The notes under the pieces: model-generated | The model's input: the letters and a program-made list of their open reading frames with translations, nothing else | Databases searched by the model: none | Told to the model about the DNA's origin: nothing | Source of the DNA: an uncultured Bacteroidales bacterium | Lineage (GTDB): Bacteria; Bacteroidota; Bacteroidia; Bacteroidales; UBA7960 | Assembly (NCBI GenBank): GCA_964491395.1 | Contig: CAZBGI010000008.1 | Coordinates: 6,176-70,175, forward strand | Length of the DNA: 64,000 nt | Reading direction: 5' to 3' | Shown: positions 8,722-20,328 of the stretch, one piece after another | Layout: every line of letters starts with the position of its first letter | How positions within the stretch are numbered: position 1 is the first letter of the stretch | Made by a program: the position numbers and the translations under genes

Positions 8722-10038
8722 ATGCCACTTGCTCCCTCAGCACACAATATCATCTCCCCCGTTAGCGAAGGGAAAGAGTACATCATCGTAAATGTTTTAT
8801 CCGGGCATGCAGATCTTCTCTCTCAGGAAGAATATCAGACGCTTACATCTGATCCTGCCAACGCCTATCCCCGGGAATTTATTGACAAAGGATATGTAGT
8901 CAATCCCCAAAAAGAAGAGCTTGACTATCGTCTCAAGTACATTGGTTTTCTTGAAAATCGCGAAGAAGAAGAGGTTCAGCTCTTTTTTGTCCCCACCTAT
9001 AACTGTAACTTTACCTGCTCCTATTGCTATCAAAGTGAATATCCGCAAAAGGAGCAAAAGTTTACCAAAGAAATAACCGATGCATTTTTCAGGTTTATTG
9101 ATGAAAAATTTGCCGATCGCAGGAGTTACATAACCTTATTCGGCGGGGAGCCTCTTCTGGCATCTCCTTCCTACAAAGAAAACATCGCTTATTTTCTTTC
9201 GCAGGCCAAACAACACCGGCTTGATATTGCCATTGTTACCAACGGATATCATCTGAAGGAGTATTTACCAATGCTTGATGCTTCGTTTGTACGTGAAATA
9301 CAAATTACCTTAGATGGTACAGCAGAGGTACATAACAAACGCAGACGATTGAAAAGCAATGCACCCACATTTGACACCATTGTCGATAATATTGATGCAT
9401 GCCTTGGGAAAGATATTTCGGTGAACCTCCGGATGGTTGTGGATAAGGAAAACATCAGCAATCTCCCGGCAATGGCCGATTTTGCCATTGAAAGAAGATG
9501 GACCGAACACCCCTTGTTTAAAACCCAGATTGGCCGCAATTACGAACTTCATTACTGCCAGAATGGTCAGTCCCTCCTTTTTAACCGGATTTCTCTTTAT
9601 GAAGAATTGCTGAAACTGATTCAGGAACATCCACGGATAATCCAATTTCATAAACCAGCATTTTCAGTAATGAAATTTTTGCAGGAGAATGGGAAATTAC
9701 CGGATGCCTTGTTTGATTCTTGTCCTGCCTGTAAAAGTGAATGGGCCATGGATTATACAGGTAGTATTTATTCATGTACCGCAACGGTGGGAAAACCGGG
9801 TGAAAAGCTTGGAACATTTTATCCCGAAATCAGCCTTGACGAAGAAAAAGTAAAAATATGGCAGCAACGAGATGTGCAGCATATCGAAGAATGCCGCCAT
9901 TGCAACAAGCAACTCATTTGCGGAGGTGGATGCGGTTCTATTGCATCCAATACCGGTAAAAATATTCTTTCCCCCGACTGCCGACCCATTGAAAGTCTCA
10001 ACAGTCTTGGAGTGAAAGCCTATTTTCTCCATGAATAA
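8722..10038 (+). CDS. Radical SAM / SPASM-domain enzyme (peptide-maturase-like)
   Basis: 438 aa. Radical SAM triad CNFTCSYC (C95, C99, C102). Full seven-Cys SPASM signature: C-x9-G-x4-C (CKSEWAMDYTGSIYSC), C-x2-C-x5-C-x3-C (CRHCNKQLICGGGC), and a final Cys in SPDC. The ~90-aa N-terminal extension contains IIVNVLSGHADLLSQEEYQTL. Confidence 0.85.
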   Translation: MPLAPSAHNIISPVSEGKEYIIVNVLSGHADLLSQEEYQTLTSDPANAYPREFIDKGYVVNPQKEELDYRLKYIGFLENREEEEVQLFFVPTYNCNFTCSYCYQSEYPQKEQKFTKEITDAFFRFIDEKFADRRSYITLFGGEPLLASPSYKENIAYFLSQAKQHRLDIAIVTNGYHLKEYLPMLDASFVREIQITLDGTAEVHNKRRRLKSNAPTFDTIVDNIDACLGKDISVNLRMVVDKENISNLPAMADFAIERRWTEHPLFKTQIGRNYELHYCQNGQSLLFNRISLYEELLKLIQEHPRIIQFHKPAFSVMKFLQENGKLPDALFDSCPACKSEWAMDYTGSIYSCTATVGKPGEKLGTFYPEISLDEEKVKIWQQRDVQHIEECRHCNKQLICGGGCGSIASNTGKNILSPDCRPIESLNSLGVKAYFLHE

Positions 10039-10090
10039 CCCATTCAGGGAGGATAATACTGCTGAAAATCCTTTTTCAACCATTTTTTTT

Positions 10091-10098
10091 TACTTTTG
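10091..10098 (+). promoter_or_regulatory. Bacteroidetes -7 promoter box (TACTTTTG)
   Basis: Exact TAnnTTTG match after a T-run that follows the radical SAM gene, 84 nt upstream of ATG 10182. Confidence 0.4.
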
Positions 10099-10181
10099 TG
10101 CTTATTGAATGGTTATCCACTATACCCTTGCCTGAATCAAATGATGAACGGTGTAAGCATGATAAAAAAGAAGCGCGACTT

Positions 10182-10733
10182 ATGAATCATCATCAAAAAA
10201 AAAATACCCCCGGCATTACTTACCGGTTAATCTTTTTTTGCCTTGCCGGTAGTCTTTTGCTGGTTTCCTGCATCAACGAAGAGGTATGCGAAGATGTGGC
10301 ATCAGTGCCGGCGAGAATAGGGTTTTACGCAGAAAACCCCGATGAAACGGTGGATGATCCTGTACCCTTAGGTATCAATAATATTACGATTTTTGGTGCC
10401 GGAAATGATTCAATTTTGTATGAACATCAGGATAATGTTAACCAGGTAGAATTACCACTGGATGCAAATACCGATAGCTGTGCCTTTATTTTCAGAATTT
10501 CGGACTTGGATGACGAAAAGTTTGTAGAAGATACTCTATGGCTTGTATATCAACGCAAACCCAACCTCATATCAATGGAGTGCGGGTTTACAACCTTTTT
10601 TGAACTTATCCGGTTACATTATTCCCGCAATATTATTGATACGGTAGAAATTGATGATGCAAACATAACCACTTCATTAAATGAACATATTAAAATATAT
10701 CCCTGGTATTCTGATGATGATGATGATTTATAG
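10182..10733 (+). CDS. Hypothetical lipoprotein
   Basis: Start moved to ATG 10182. The resulting N terminus MNHHQKKNTPGITYRLIFFCLAGSLLLVSC carries a lipobox (LVSC). The upstream extension in the ORF track has no signal-like character. The C terminus is acidic (SDDDDDL). Confidence 0.55.
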   Translation: MNHHQKKNTPGITYRLIFFCLAGSLLLVSCINEEVCEDVASVPARIGFYAENPDETVDDPVPLGINNITIFGAGNDSILYEHQDNVNQVELPLDANTDSCAFIFRISDLDDEKFVEDTLWLVYQRKPNLISMECGFTTFFELIRLHYSRNIIDTVEIDDANITTSLNEHIKIYPWYSDDDDDL

Positions 10734-11394
10734 CCTGAGTGCTTTAAGTCAGCCCCCCCCTGCAGAGGAAAACCAGGAAGAAGAAGCCGAAAGCAACCGG
10801 GACACCCTTCCCTCTTTTCAACCCCACCCTTTTATCAGGGTGGGATTTGATGTTTCATCAATAGGACGAATCATCACCGAACCTGAAGTACGGCAATTTG
10901 AATTTTCAGCAGATACTGAATTTAAATACAACTGGTTTGCCGTGCTTGAAGGAGGGTTGGCCAATGTGGAAGCCGAAAGAGAGGAATTCCACTACCAGGC
11001 TTCGGGATATTTTGGTCGGTTGGGTGTTGATTATAACCTGTTGAAACGCAATCAGCCTTCTCAGAATGATTTGATATTGGTGGGTTTGCGCTATGGCTTC
11101 AGTACATTGAATCATGAAACTCCTTTCTATCAGATTTCCAACGCTTATTGGGAAAATACGCATGGCTCAATCGATAAAGGTAACTTTAACCTGCACTGGA
11201 TTGAACTTAGCGGAGGAGTAAAAACAGAAGTATTTTCCAATTTTTTTCTGGGTTGGTACCTTAAAACACGAATCAGAATAGCAGAAACACGTGATCCTGA
11301 GCTAAATCCCTATTATATTGCCGGTTACGGCAGGGGAACAAGAACAGCCCCGGTGATGGTTCATTTTAATATCCTGTATCGTTTTGAGCTATAA
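10681..11394 (+). CDS. Hypothetical exported protein, probable small outer-membrane beta-barrel
   Basis: 237 aa with signal peptide MNILKYIPGILMMMMIYSLSALSQ. Alternating hydrophobic pattern ends in ..FNILYRFEL. A 53-nt overlap with the preceding lipoprotein gene suggests a two-gene module. Confidence 0.5.
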   Translation: MNILKYIPGILMMMMIYSLSALSQPPPAEENQEEEAESNRDTLPSFQPHPFIRVGFDVSSIGRIITEPEVRQFEFSADTEFKYNWFAVLEGGLANVEAEREEFHYQASGYFGRLGVDYNLLKRNQPSQNDLILVGLRYGFSTLNHETPFYQISNAYWENTHGSIDKGNFNLHWIELSGGVKTEVFSNFFLGWYLKTRIRIAETRDPELNPYYIAGYGRGTRTAPVMVHFNILYRFEL

Positions 11395-11609
11395 CAATAT
11401 GTATTTTCTGCTTTTTTGGGTTTAATCCAGTTTGTCTGTCAGTATTGTTGGCAATATTTTTCATAAAAATAATTTGAATCGATCTGCTATTTTAAGATGT
11501 AATCAATGTTTTTAAAGACCAATGTCTTTTGAAAGAATAAACTTTTAACAATACCTGATTTTTTTTTTGAATGCCGGATTTATTGTATTTGTCACGTGAA
11601 AAAGTAGTT

Positions 11610-11617
11610 TATCTTTG
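11610..11617 (+). promoter_or_regulatory. Bacteroidetes -7 promoter box (TATCTTTG)
   Basis: Exact TAnnTTTG match 36 nt upstream of ATG 11653. Confidence 0.45.
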
Positions 11618-11652
11618 TGTTTTGACAACACATAACAAGACCTCTCTGTAAA

Positions 11653-12291
11653 ATGCAACTTGATAAAGTTAAAGAATTGGTGCTCAAAAAACTAAAAAAA
11701 GAATTAAAGCCCAATCTCTATTATCACAATTTTCAACACACAATTGATGTTTGCGAATCTGTCGACAGGTTAGCAGAAATGGAAAATATCAAGGGGGAAG
11801 ATCTCATCCTTTTGCAAACTGCAGCGGTGTTTCACGACACGGGTTTTTTGTGGCGTTACGAGAACAATGAGGAGTTGGCATGCAAGTATGCGCGGCAAAT
11901 TCTGGTCGATTACGATTATTCCACTGCACAATCTAATCACATCTGTAAAATGATCATGGCAACACAAATTCCCCAGCAACCCGAAGATCTGATGGGAATG
12001 ATTTTGTGCGATGCCGATTTGGATTATATTGGCCGGGGAGACTTCTTTATTACGGCATTGCGTCTTCACAGGGAATGGAGTGAAAACAGCAATATGAAGA
12101 TTACCTTTAAAGACTGGTATTTAAAGCAACAAAGCTTTATTATCCATCATGATTTTTTTACCCCATCTGCCCGAGAATTGCGCAACGAGAAAAAAGCGCA
12201 TAATCTTGCTCAGGTAAAAGAATTGTTAAATTTGCTCGATACAACCGCAAATGAACAACTGGGGTCGTTTTCAAGTAACCAACAGGGATAG
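11653..12291 (+). CDS. HD-domain phosphohydrolase
   Basis: 212 aa. YHNFQHTIDV ... AAVFHDTGF ... LCDADLDY gives the H..HD..D metal-binding pattern of the HD superfamily. Confidence 0.8.
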   Translation: MQLDKVKELVLKKLKKELKPNLYYHNFQHTIDVCESVDRLAEMENIKGEDLILLQTAAVFHDTGFLWRYENNEELACKYARQILVDYDYSTAQSNHICKMIMATQIPQQPEDLMGMILCDADLDYIGRGDFFITALRLHREWSENSNMKITFKDWYLKQQSFIIHHDFFTPSARELRNEKKAHNLAQVKELLNLLDTTANEQLGSFSSNQQG

Positions 12292-12483
12292 AGAATATAA
12301 GCCTTATAATTAACAACAAAGGCAATAACTATATAATTTTAGATTTTTATCGTAATAAACTGATCATAGTGTTATCGCGTATAACACCTGCAAATAATCT
12401 GTTCCTGGCGAATACCAAATTAATCAGGCTTTAACGTAACTTTAGAAACCTAATAAACGTATCCTCCTAAAACTCTACAAGAT

Positions 12484-13335
12484 ATGGAAAGTGAAAATAC
12501 CAATGTAATCCTTGTAGCATACGACTTTACCAGTATTGGCGATACAGCCATTGAGAATGCTGCTACAATGGCAAAAATTCTGCAATACAAAGTTTGTATT
12601 CTACACATTATTGATAAAAGATCCCTTAAAAATCTCAAAAAAGCGAATGAGACGCAGGACATCCTTGATGAAAAACTGAAGGAAAAGGCACTGTCGCTAA
12701 AAAAAGACCATGGTATTGAGGTCGATTACATGTCTCGAAAAGGAAGCATATTCAGAGCTATCGCGGCAGTAACCCAGGAGATTAATGCCAGTTTCCTGGT
12801 TTTTGGCACACATGGCAAAAAAGGCATCCAGTTTCTGCTGGGTAGCTTTGCCATAAAACTGGTAAAAAGCTGTCCGGTCCCCGTTTTGGTGGTTCAACAA
12901 CCAGCCAATGACTCAAAATTCAAAGATGTAGTATTTCCTTTGGATATGGAAGCCGGATCGAAGCAAAAAGTAAAATGGGCCATTGTACATCACAAGCAAT
13001 TTAAATCCAAATTTCATATCTACGTCGATTCCTATCCTGATGAATTTATTCAAAACAGGCTGAGAGCTGACCACCGGCAGGTGAAAAAAATTCTTGAAAA
13101 AAACAATATTCCCTATACAGACAATTACTCTCCCAAAAAAGGCAATTTCTCAGAAAAAACAGTAGAATTTGCCAAAGAAATCAATGCCGATATGATCATG
13201 ATTTCCACCGACCCGGACAAAATTACATGGAGTCTGTTCGGATCGCCCGATGAAAGAATCATTTATAACAAAGAAAAAATCCCTGTGATGTGCATTAATG
13301 CTCAAGACCTCAGGGTAATTATCGGAGGGTTATAA
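12484..13335 (+). CDS. Universal stress protein (tandem UspA domains)
   Basis: 283 aa. Two Usp-like halves, each with an ATP-loop-like segment (VFGTHGKKG..., MIMISTD). Confidence 0.75.
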   Translation: MESENTNVILVAYDFTSIGDTAIENAATMAKILQYKVCILHIIDKRSLKNLKKANETQDILDEKLKEKALSLKKDHGIEVDYMSRKGSIFRAIAAVTQEINASFLVFGTHGKKGIQFLLGSFAIKLVKSCPVPVLVVQQPANDSKFKDVVFPLDMEAGSKQKVKWAIVHHKQFKSKFHIYVDSYPDEFIQNRLRADHRQVKKILEKNNIPYTDNYSPKKGNFSEKTVEFAKEINADMIMISTDPDKITWSLFGSPDERIIYNKEKIPVMCINAQDLRVIIGGL

Positions 13336-13360
13336 ATTACCTGTATTACCTTATTTTTTC

Positions 13361-13393
13361 AAAAAGCCGGTGTTTATCAATGCCGGCTTTTTG
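13361..13393 (+). terminator. Rho-independent terminator after the Usp gene
   Basis: Stem aaaaagccgg / ccggcttttt with a 12-nt loop and a T-run, 26 nt after the stop codon. Confidence 0.55.
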
Positions 13394-13413
13394 TACTTTT
13401 ATGCCAAAATTAA

Positions 13414-16135
<2,722 letters not shown>

Positions 16136-16148
16136 ATATTCCTTTCCA

Positions 16149-18590
16149 TTAAGCCCCCCGTAGCTGCTGGTAATCCAGATAATACAAGATCTTTAGCGAT
16201 AAACTGTTGAATTGGGGAGAATCCATTATGAGGTCAAAATTATCAAAATAATTTTGAACAATACCTGTTTTCTCGTGAAGAATTGAATTCTTCCATACCA
16301 GGTTAAGGCTGGAGCCGGGGGCAAAGAGCCAGGTAAAGACCAAATCTATATTGAATGAATTGAAATTAAAGTCCCGGTTGTCGGTAAAATCGTAGGTTTG
16401 TTCGCTAAGCCTGCCATCCTGCTGCAAGGTAAAAAAATCATCATATTCTCCCATTGACCAGTATTGTCTCAGACGAAGGCTAAAGTACATGTCATTTTTC
16501 ACAATATAATCGCTGGATAATACATTTTCCACAGTAGTTACATCTCGATTCCCAAAAACTATATGATTATCTGAATGCCCTGCATAGCCAATCTGATTAT
16601 AATCAAAATTCAACTCCAGAGAGTGGACAAAAGAGAATTTATCATTAAACCGGTAACGCGGAGAAACATCGTAAGCCATACTGGTAGTGTTAAAAGCGGG
16701 CAACTGGCTGTACCTGACTTGTAAATCCAGGGCAAAGGGTTTCCGGTAATCAGATGATAGTCCTGTCCATCCACCGAAACCTTTGGGATTCAGGAAGAAT
16801 TGTCCCTCTGTACGGGGTTCATAATAATCTAACCGATCAGTTGGATGAAAAAATAACCCTGTATAAAAATGGGTATAAGCAAGGGAAGTAGCACTACCCC
16901 TGTATTCTACATAGGTATTTTCTATTTTATAATCACTGTACCTGCCCTGGTTCTGTATTCTGAGTCGGTTATTAAAGTTTCTCAAAAGCCAGAAGGGTTC
17001 ATATATATTGTAATGTACATCTGTACGATCGGTTATTTGATTGTTACGATGGGTAATGCCCAAATCATTGTCATTGTAAGTGGGATTAAGCGCTGCCCGG
17101 AGTAAGCGAAACTGAAAATTCCCTCTTGTTTTGGCCACGGAAGCATTATAGCGGTTTCCGGTTTCCACATTAAACGCATTATCTTCCTCCGTGTTTTTAA
17201 TATACAACTGGCTAAAGGCTCCGGAGACTTGTAATTGCCATGTATTGGAATTATCTACCAGCGATGTTCCGGCGCCGGTAACATTGGCATGATGAAAATC
17301 ACCCGATCGCAATACATTGGTATTGATGATATAGGCCGAAGAATTGTTGGACAGAGCCTGGTCAAATACAAGAATATTATAATTGGCTGTTGGGCCTGTT
17401 TGTATTTTTCGCTGAATTCCATCATCAACAGATTCTATCTTTGCAAAGGTATTGTCTGTAATGGCATTGAACACTCCTATGCCCAAGCCATTTAGTGTTC
17501 TGCCACTCAGTTTAAAGGCATTGATCAAACGAGCTTGTTCAGGATTATCCACCAGCAGTTCTCCCTCTTCCATCTGATCTTCAACCTGATAATAATGGGA
17601 TGGCCTACCCCCTATCCGACGTGAATAAAACAAACCTCCTCGCCTGAATAAATCCATACCTTCCTTGAAAAAAGGACGTTGTTCTCCATATACCGTTTCA
17701 AAAGCGGATAAGTTTTTTACCTGATTATCAGAAGGAACCTGGCTAAAATCAGGCATGAGCGTCATATCAAAGCTAAAACTTTCATTGATGCCGTACCGTA
17801 AGTCCATTCCTCCACCAAAAGAACCGGATAAATTGCTTACCCCTGCCAGCCCGTTCGGGTAATGACTGGACCCAAGCGATATATAAGGAACCAACGACAA
17901 TCGCAGTGGTGCCTGAATATTACATATTCCGGAAAGCTGGCCCCAGTAAACCAGGTTATTGGATACATTCCTTTCCTCTATGGCCCAGTGATTCATTTCC
18001 CGGTGCCTTCTGATATTTCTGTACAATTGCATTCCCCAGGTCTGACAATCAGAAACCGGAAAGCGCAGGGCAGAATAAGGAATTCTCATTTCCACAGTCC
18101 AGCCTTCATCATGAATTTTAACAGCACTGTCCCAAACACCGTCATAAGTCCGATCCTGGTGGCGAAAATCCCGTTGTACACCAGAGGCTGAAACTTCATA
18201 GGTATAAGCATCGAGCTGATTGTTATAAGTATCAAGCCTGATTCCAAATGCGTCAGCATTCAGACTTTCATCCCGTTTTCCCAACTGCTGCAGAATGCTA
18301 TCAGGGTTGGCATCATACAGCTGGGCTCCCACATAGATGAATTGATCGTCATATAGGATGTAAACTACTGTTCGCTGGGAGGGCTGACCAGCATAAACCG
18401 GATCAAACTGAACAAAGTCTTCAATTGCTTCGGCCATTCCCCATATCTGGGGTTCCAGCACGCCATCAATTTGAGGTGCAAGGTCGGTTCGCTGTGTAAA
18501 AGCTTGCTGAATACTGCTTTTGGTGTTTGCTTTAAGGCTCATGCCGCATAGCATCAACAGCAGCAAGCCATATATTTTGTATTTATTCAT
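16149..18590 (-). CDS. Large exported protein, CBM9-like N-terminal domain plus probable beta-barrel (DUF5916-like)
   Basis: 813 aa with a signal peptide. The N-terminal segment [24 protein letters not shown]...[10 protein letters not shown] resembles the CBM9/DOMON-like domain that heads DUF5916 proteins. Family name is from memory only. Confidence 0.55.
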   Translation of the reverse strand: MNKYKIYGLLLLMLCGMSLKANTKSSIQQAFTQRTDLAPQIDGVLEPQIWGMAEAIEDFVQFDPVYAGQPSQRTVVYILYDDQFIYVGAQLYDANPDSILQQLGKRDESLNADAFGIRLDTYNNQLDAYTYEVSASGVQRDFRHQDRTYDGVWDSAVKIHDEGWTVEMRIPYSALRFPVSDCQTWGMQLYRNIRRHREMNHWAIEERNVSNNLVYWGQLSGICNIQAPLRLSLVPYISLGSSHYPNGLAGVSNLSGSFGGGMDLRYGINESFSFDMTLMPDFSQVPSDNQVKNLSAFETVYGEQRPFFKEGMDLFRRGGLFYSRRIGGRPSHYYQVEDQMEEGELLVDNPEQARLINAFKLSGRTLNGLGIGVFNAITDNTFAKIESVDDGIQRKIQTGPTANYNILVFDQALSNNSSAYIINTNVLRSGDFHHANVTGAGTSLVDNSNTWQLQVSGAFSQLYIKNTEEDNAFNVETGNRYNASVAKTRGNFQFRLLRAALNPTYNDNDLGITHRNNQITDRTDVHYNIYEPFWLLRNFNNRLRIQNQGRYSDYKIENTYVEYRGSATSLAYTHFYTGLFFHPTDRLDYYEPRTEGQFFLNPKGFGGWTGLSSDYRKPFALDLQVRYSQLPAFNTTSMAYDVSPRYRFNDKFSFVHSLELNFDYNQIGYAGHSDNHIVFGNRDVTTVENVLSSDYIVKNDMYFSLRLRQYWSMGEYDDFFTLQQDGRLSEQTYDFTDNRDFNFNSFNIDLVFTWLFAPGSSLNLVWKNSILHEKTGIVQNYFDNFDLIMDSPQFNSLSLKILYYLDYQQLRGA

Positions 18591-18714
18591 TTACATGTAT
18601 ATCCGTTTGAGTTCCTCTCAAACTCATAGTATTTTTTAAGAATCTTTGTTTTCCTGGGTAATTGAAGGCGAAAATAATTAATCCTGCGAAAAAAGACCGC
18701 GCAAAAATACCGAA

Positions 18715-18754
18715 CCGGGCAAAGTTTAACTTTATTTGGTTATCCTTTGCCCGG
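18715..18754 (-). terminator. Hairpin terminator downstream of the 18776-20104 gene
   Basis: 10-bp stem ccgggcaaag / ctttgcccgg with a 20-nt loop. On the minus strand it is followed by a T-rich run (ttcggtatttttgcgcggtctttttt). Confidence 0.45.
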
Positions 18755-18775
18755 TAATAAAAGGTAGAATATATA

Positions 18776-20104
18776 TCAATAGAGAAAGTTCAAGCCAATG
18801 TAAACACCACTGTCGCCATCCTGCTTATCCAGTGCCATCCCATAATTGATAGCGACTACAAAATTCTGGTTCATTACAATGTGCAAACCCAGCCCGGTGC
18901 CCCAGTGGGGCCGAATATCTTTTTCCTGTAACAGTCCCCGGGAAACCAACCCTTGTACTTCCGGGGCGGAATAATCGATATCATACTTTTGGGTTATCAT
19001 GGCCACATCGGCAAAGGCGCTGGTGGAAATATAAAAATCCTGTGATTTTACAGAAAACCGAACAGCCTTGTAACGAAGCTCAAAATTACCATAAGCAATC
19101 CCATCGCCCATGATGCGGTTTCGTTTGACGCCTCTCACGGTTTTCGCTCCTCCAAACCCGTCGTTGGTTTTATAAGAACTGTAAATAAAGGGTTGCATAT
19201 AATACGGCATATCGCCGGCAATCACTCCCTGATAGCCCAGACGGTTGGCAACAGAAAGCCTTTCAGGGACCAGCGTTAAATAATGCCTGTGAATAAAAAT
19301 TCCCTGCAAGTACCCAAAGTCCCCATTCCCTAAGAAACCGGGTGCACCGATTAAGATTCCTTCTGTCCACATCCCCTTCATGGGATTGGCAAGTTGGTCA
19401 CGGGTATCGTGAATCAATCCGCCTTTGAGATAAAAAGTATTGCCCCCCTCGCTGATGGCTTCGGGAATGATATTAGCTTCAACATACTCGTCGTACAATG
19501 TTTCCACCACCCGGGCCTGATCTTCTTCAGATTGCCCCTCGTTGATGGTCTCAAAATCCACAGTACCCATTTTCACACCAAAATATCCGGCACCCCCAAG
19601 CCATTTCCAGTCATCATCCATAAAACGCCTTTGAAAATCGGCCGTGATACGCAATAATTTGCGGTCGTACCGGTAAAACATCCGGGATCCTCCTTCTAAA
19701 TCCTGATCTTCCAGGTCTCTGTCGTAGTTGGCCTCATAGCCGTTAAACCCATAGAAATCAAGAGCCTGTTCTGTCAGGTACATCAAATCAAATGTTGTAC
19801 GCGTATTGGGAATCAGATAAGGAGAGTCATAGAAAAAGTTATTGAGTCCGTTTCCTTTGGTAGTGCGTGACCATTCAAAATAGAGTGAATGCATATAATC
19901 GGGGTAAGTGGTGCCATCTCCGTAATAAAAGAAATTGGCAAGTGCACCATAGCGAAAGCCTTCATCGGTATTGAATGCTATGGCGGGAAGTGCGCCAAAT
20001 GTCCAGCCTGTTTTAACGGGAGTAGTTGACAAACTGTCAGTAGAAGCAAACACAGTTGTGCCCAAAATTGACCACAACAAAAAAACGACATACAAACGTC
20101 TCAT
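18776..20104 (-). CDS. Outer-membrane beta-barrel protein (possibly Omp85/surface-antigen-like)
   Basis: 442 aa with a signal peptide. Gly/aromatic-rich amphipathic strands. The C terminus ..GVYIGLNFLY has a terminal aromatic residue. Confidence 0.5.
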   Translation of the reverse strand: MRRLYVVFLLWSILGTTVFASTDSLSTTPVKTGWTFGALPAIAFNTDEGFRYGALANFFYYGDGTTYPDYMHSLYFEWSRTTKGNGLNNFFYDSPYLIPNTRTTFDLMYLTEQALDFYGFNGYEANYDRDLEDQDLEGGSRMFYRYDRKLLRITADFQRRFMDDDWKWLGGAGYFGVKMGTVDFETINEGQSEEDQARVVETLYDEYVEANIIPEAISEGGNTFYLKGGLIHDTRDQLANPMKGMWTEGILIGAPGFLGNGDFGYLQGIFIHRHYLTLVPERLSVANRLGYQGVIAGDMPYYMQPFIYSSYKTNDGFGGAKTVRGVKRNRIMGDGIAYGNFELRYKAVRFSVKSQDFYISTSAFADVAMITQKYDIDYSAPEVQGLVSRGLLQEKDIRPHWGTGLGLHIVMNQNFVVAINYGMALDKQDGDSGVYIGLNFLY

Positions 20105-20220
20105 GATGGAATGATTATTTAGTTAGTAATTGAAGGGTTAAAGTTAAATCTTTTCACCCATGGCTAACAATTTTTTTTATTCCCAGCCCGATAAATCCTT
20201 CATGTTAAAAATGAAAACTT

Positions 20221-20228
20221 TACTTTTG
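20221..20228 (+). promoter_or_regulatory. Bacteroidetes -7 promoter box (TACTTTTG)
   Basis: Exact TAnnTTTG match. No ATG occurs between it and ATG 20329. Confidence 0.4.
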
Positions 20229-20328
20229 CTCCCAACCTTGCTTGAGAATTAAAACAATAGAATTAAAGCAACAAACGTGGCAAAGAATCACCACAAATCA
20301 GCAATCAATCCGAACAGGCATCAGAACA

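Noticed and set aside
10098-10181. N-terminal extensions given by the ORF track (also at 20242, 30410, 57797 and 59763)
   Set aside because: In each case an internal ATG yields a canonical signal peptide, lipobox or first catalytic motif, and the upstream part has no such character. Some track starts are non-ATG codons (TTG at 20242 and 63945).
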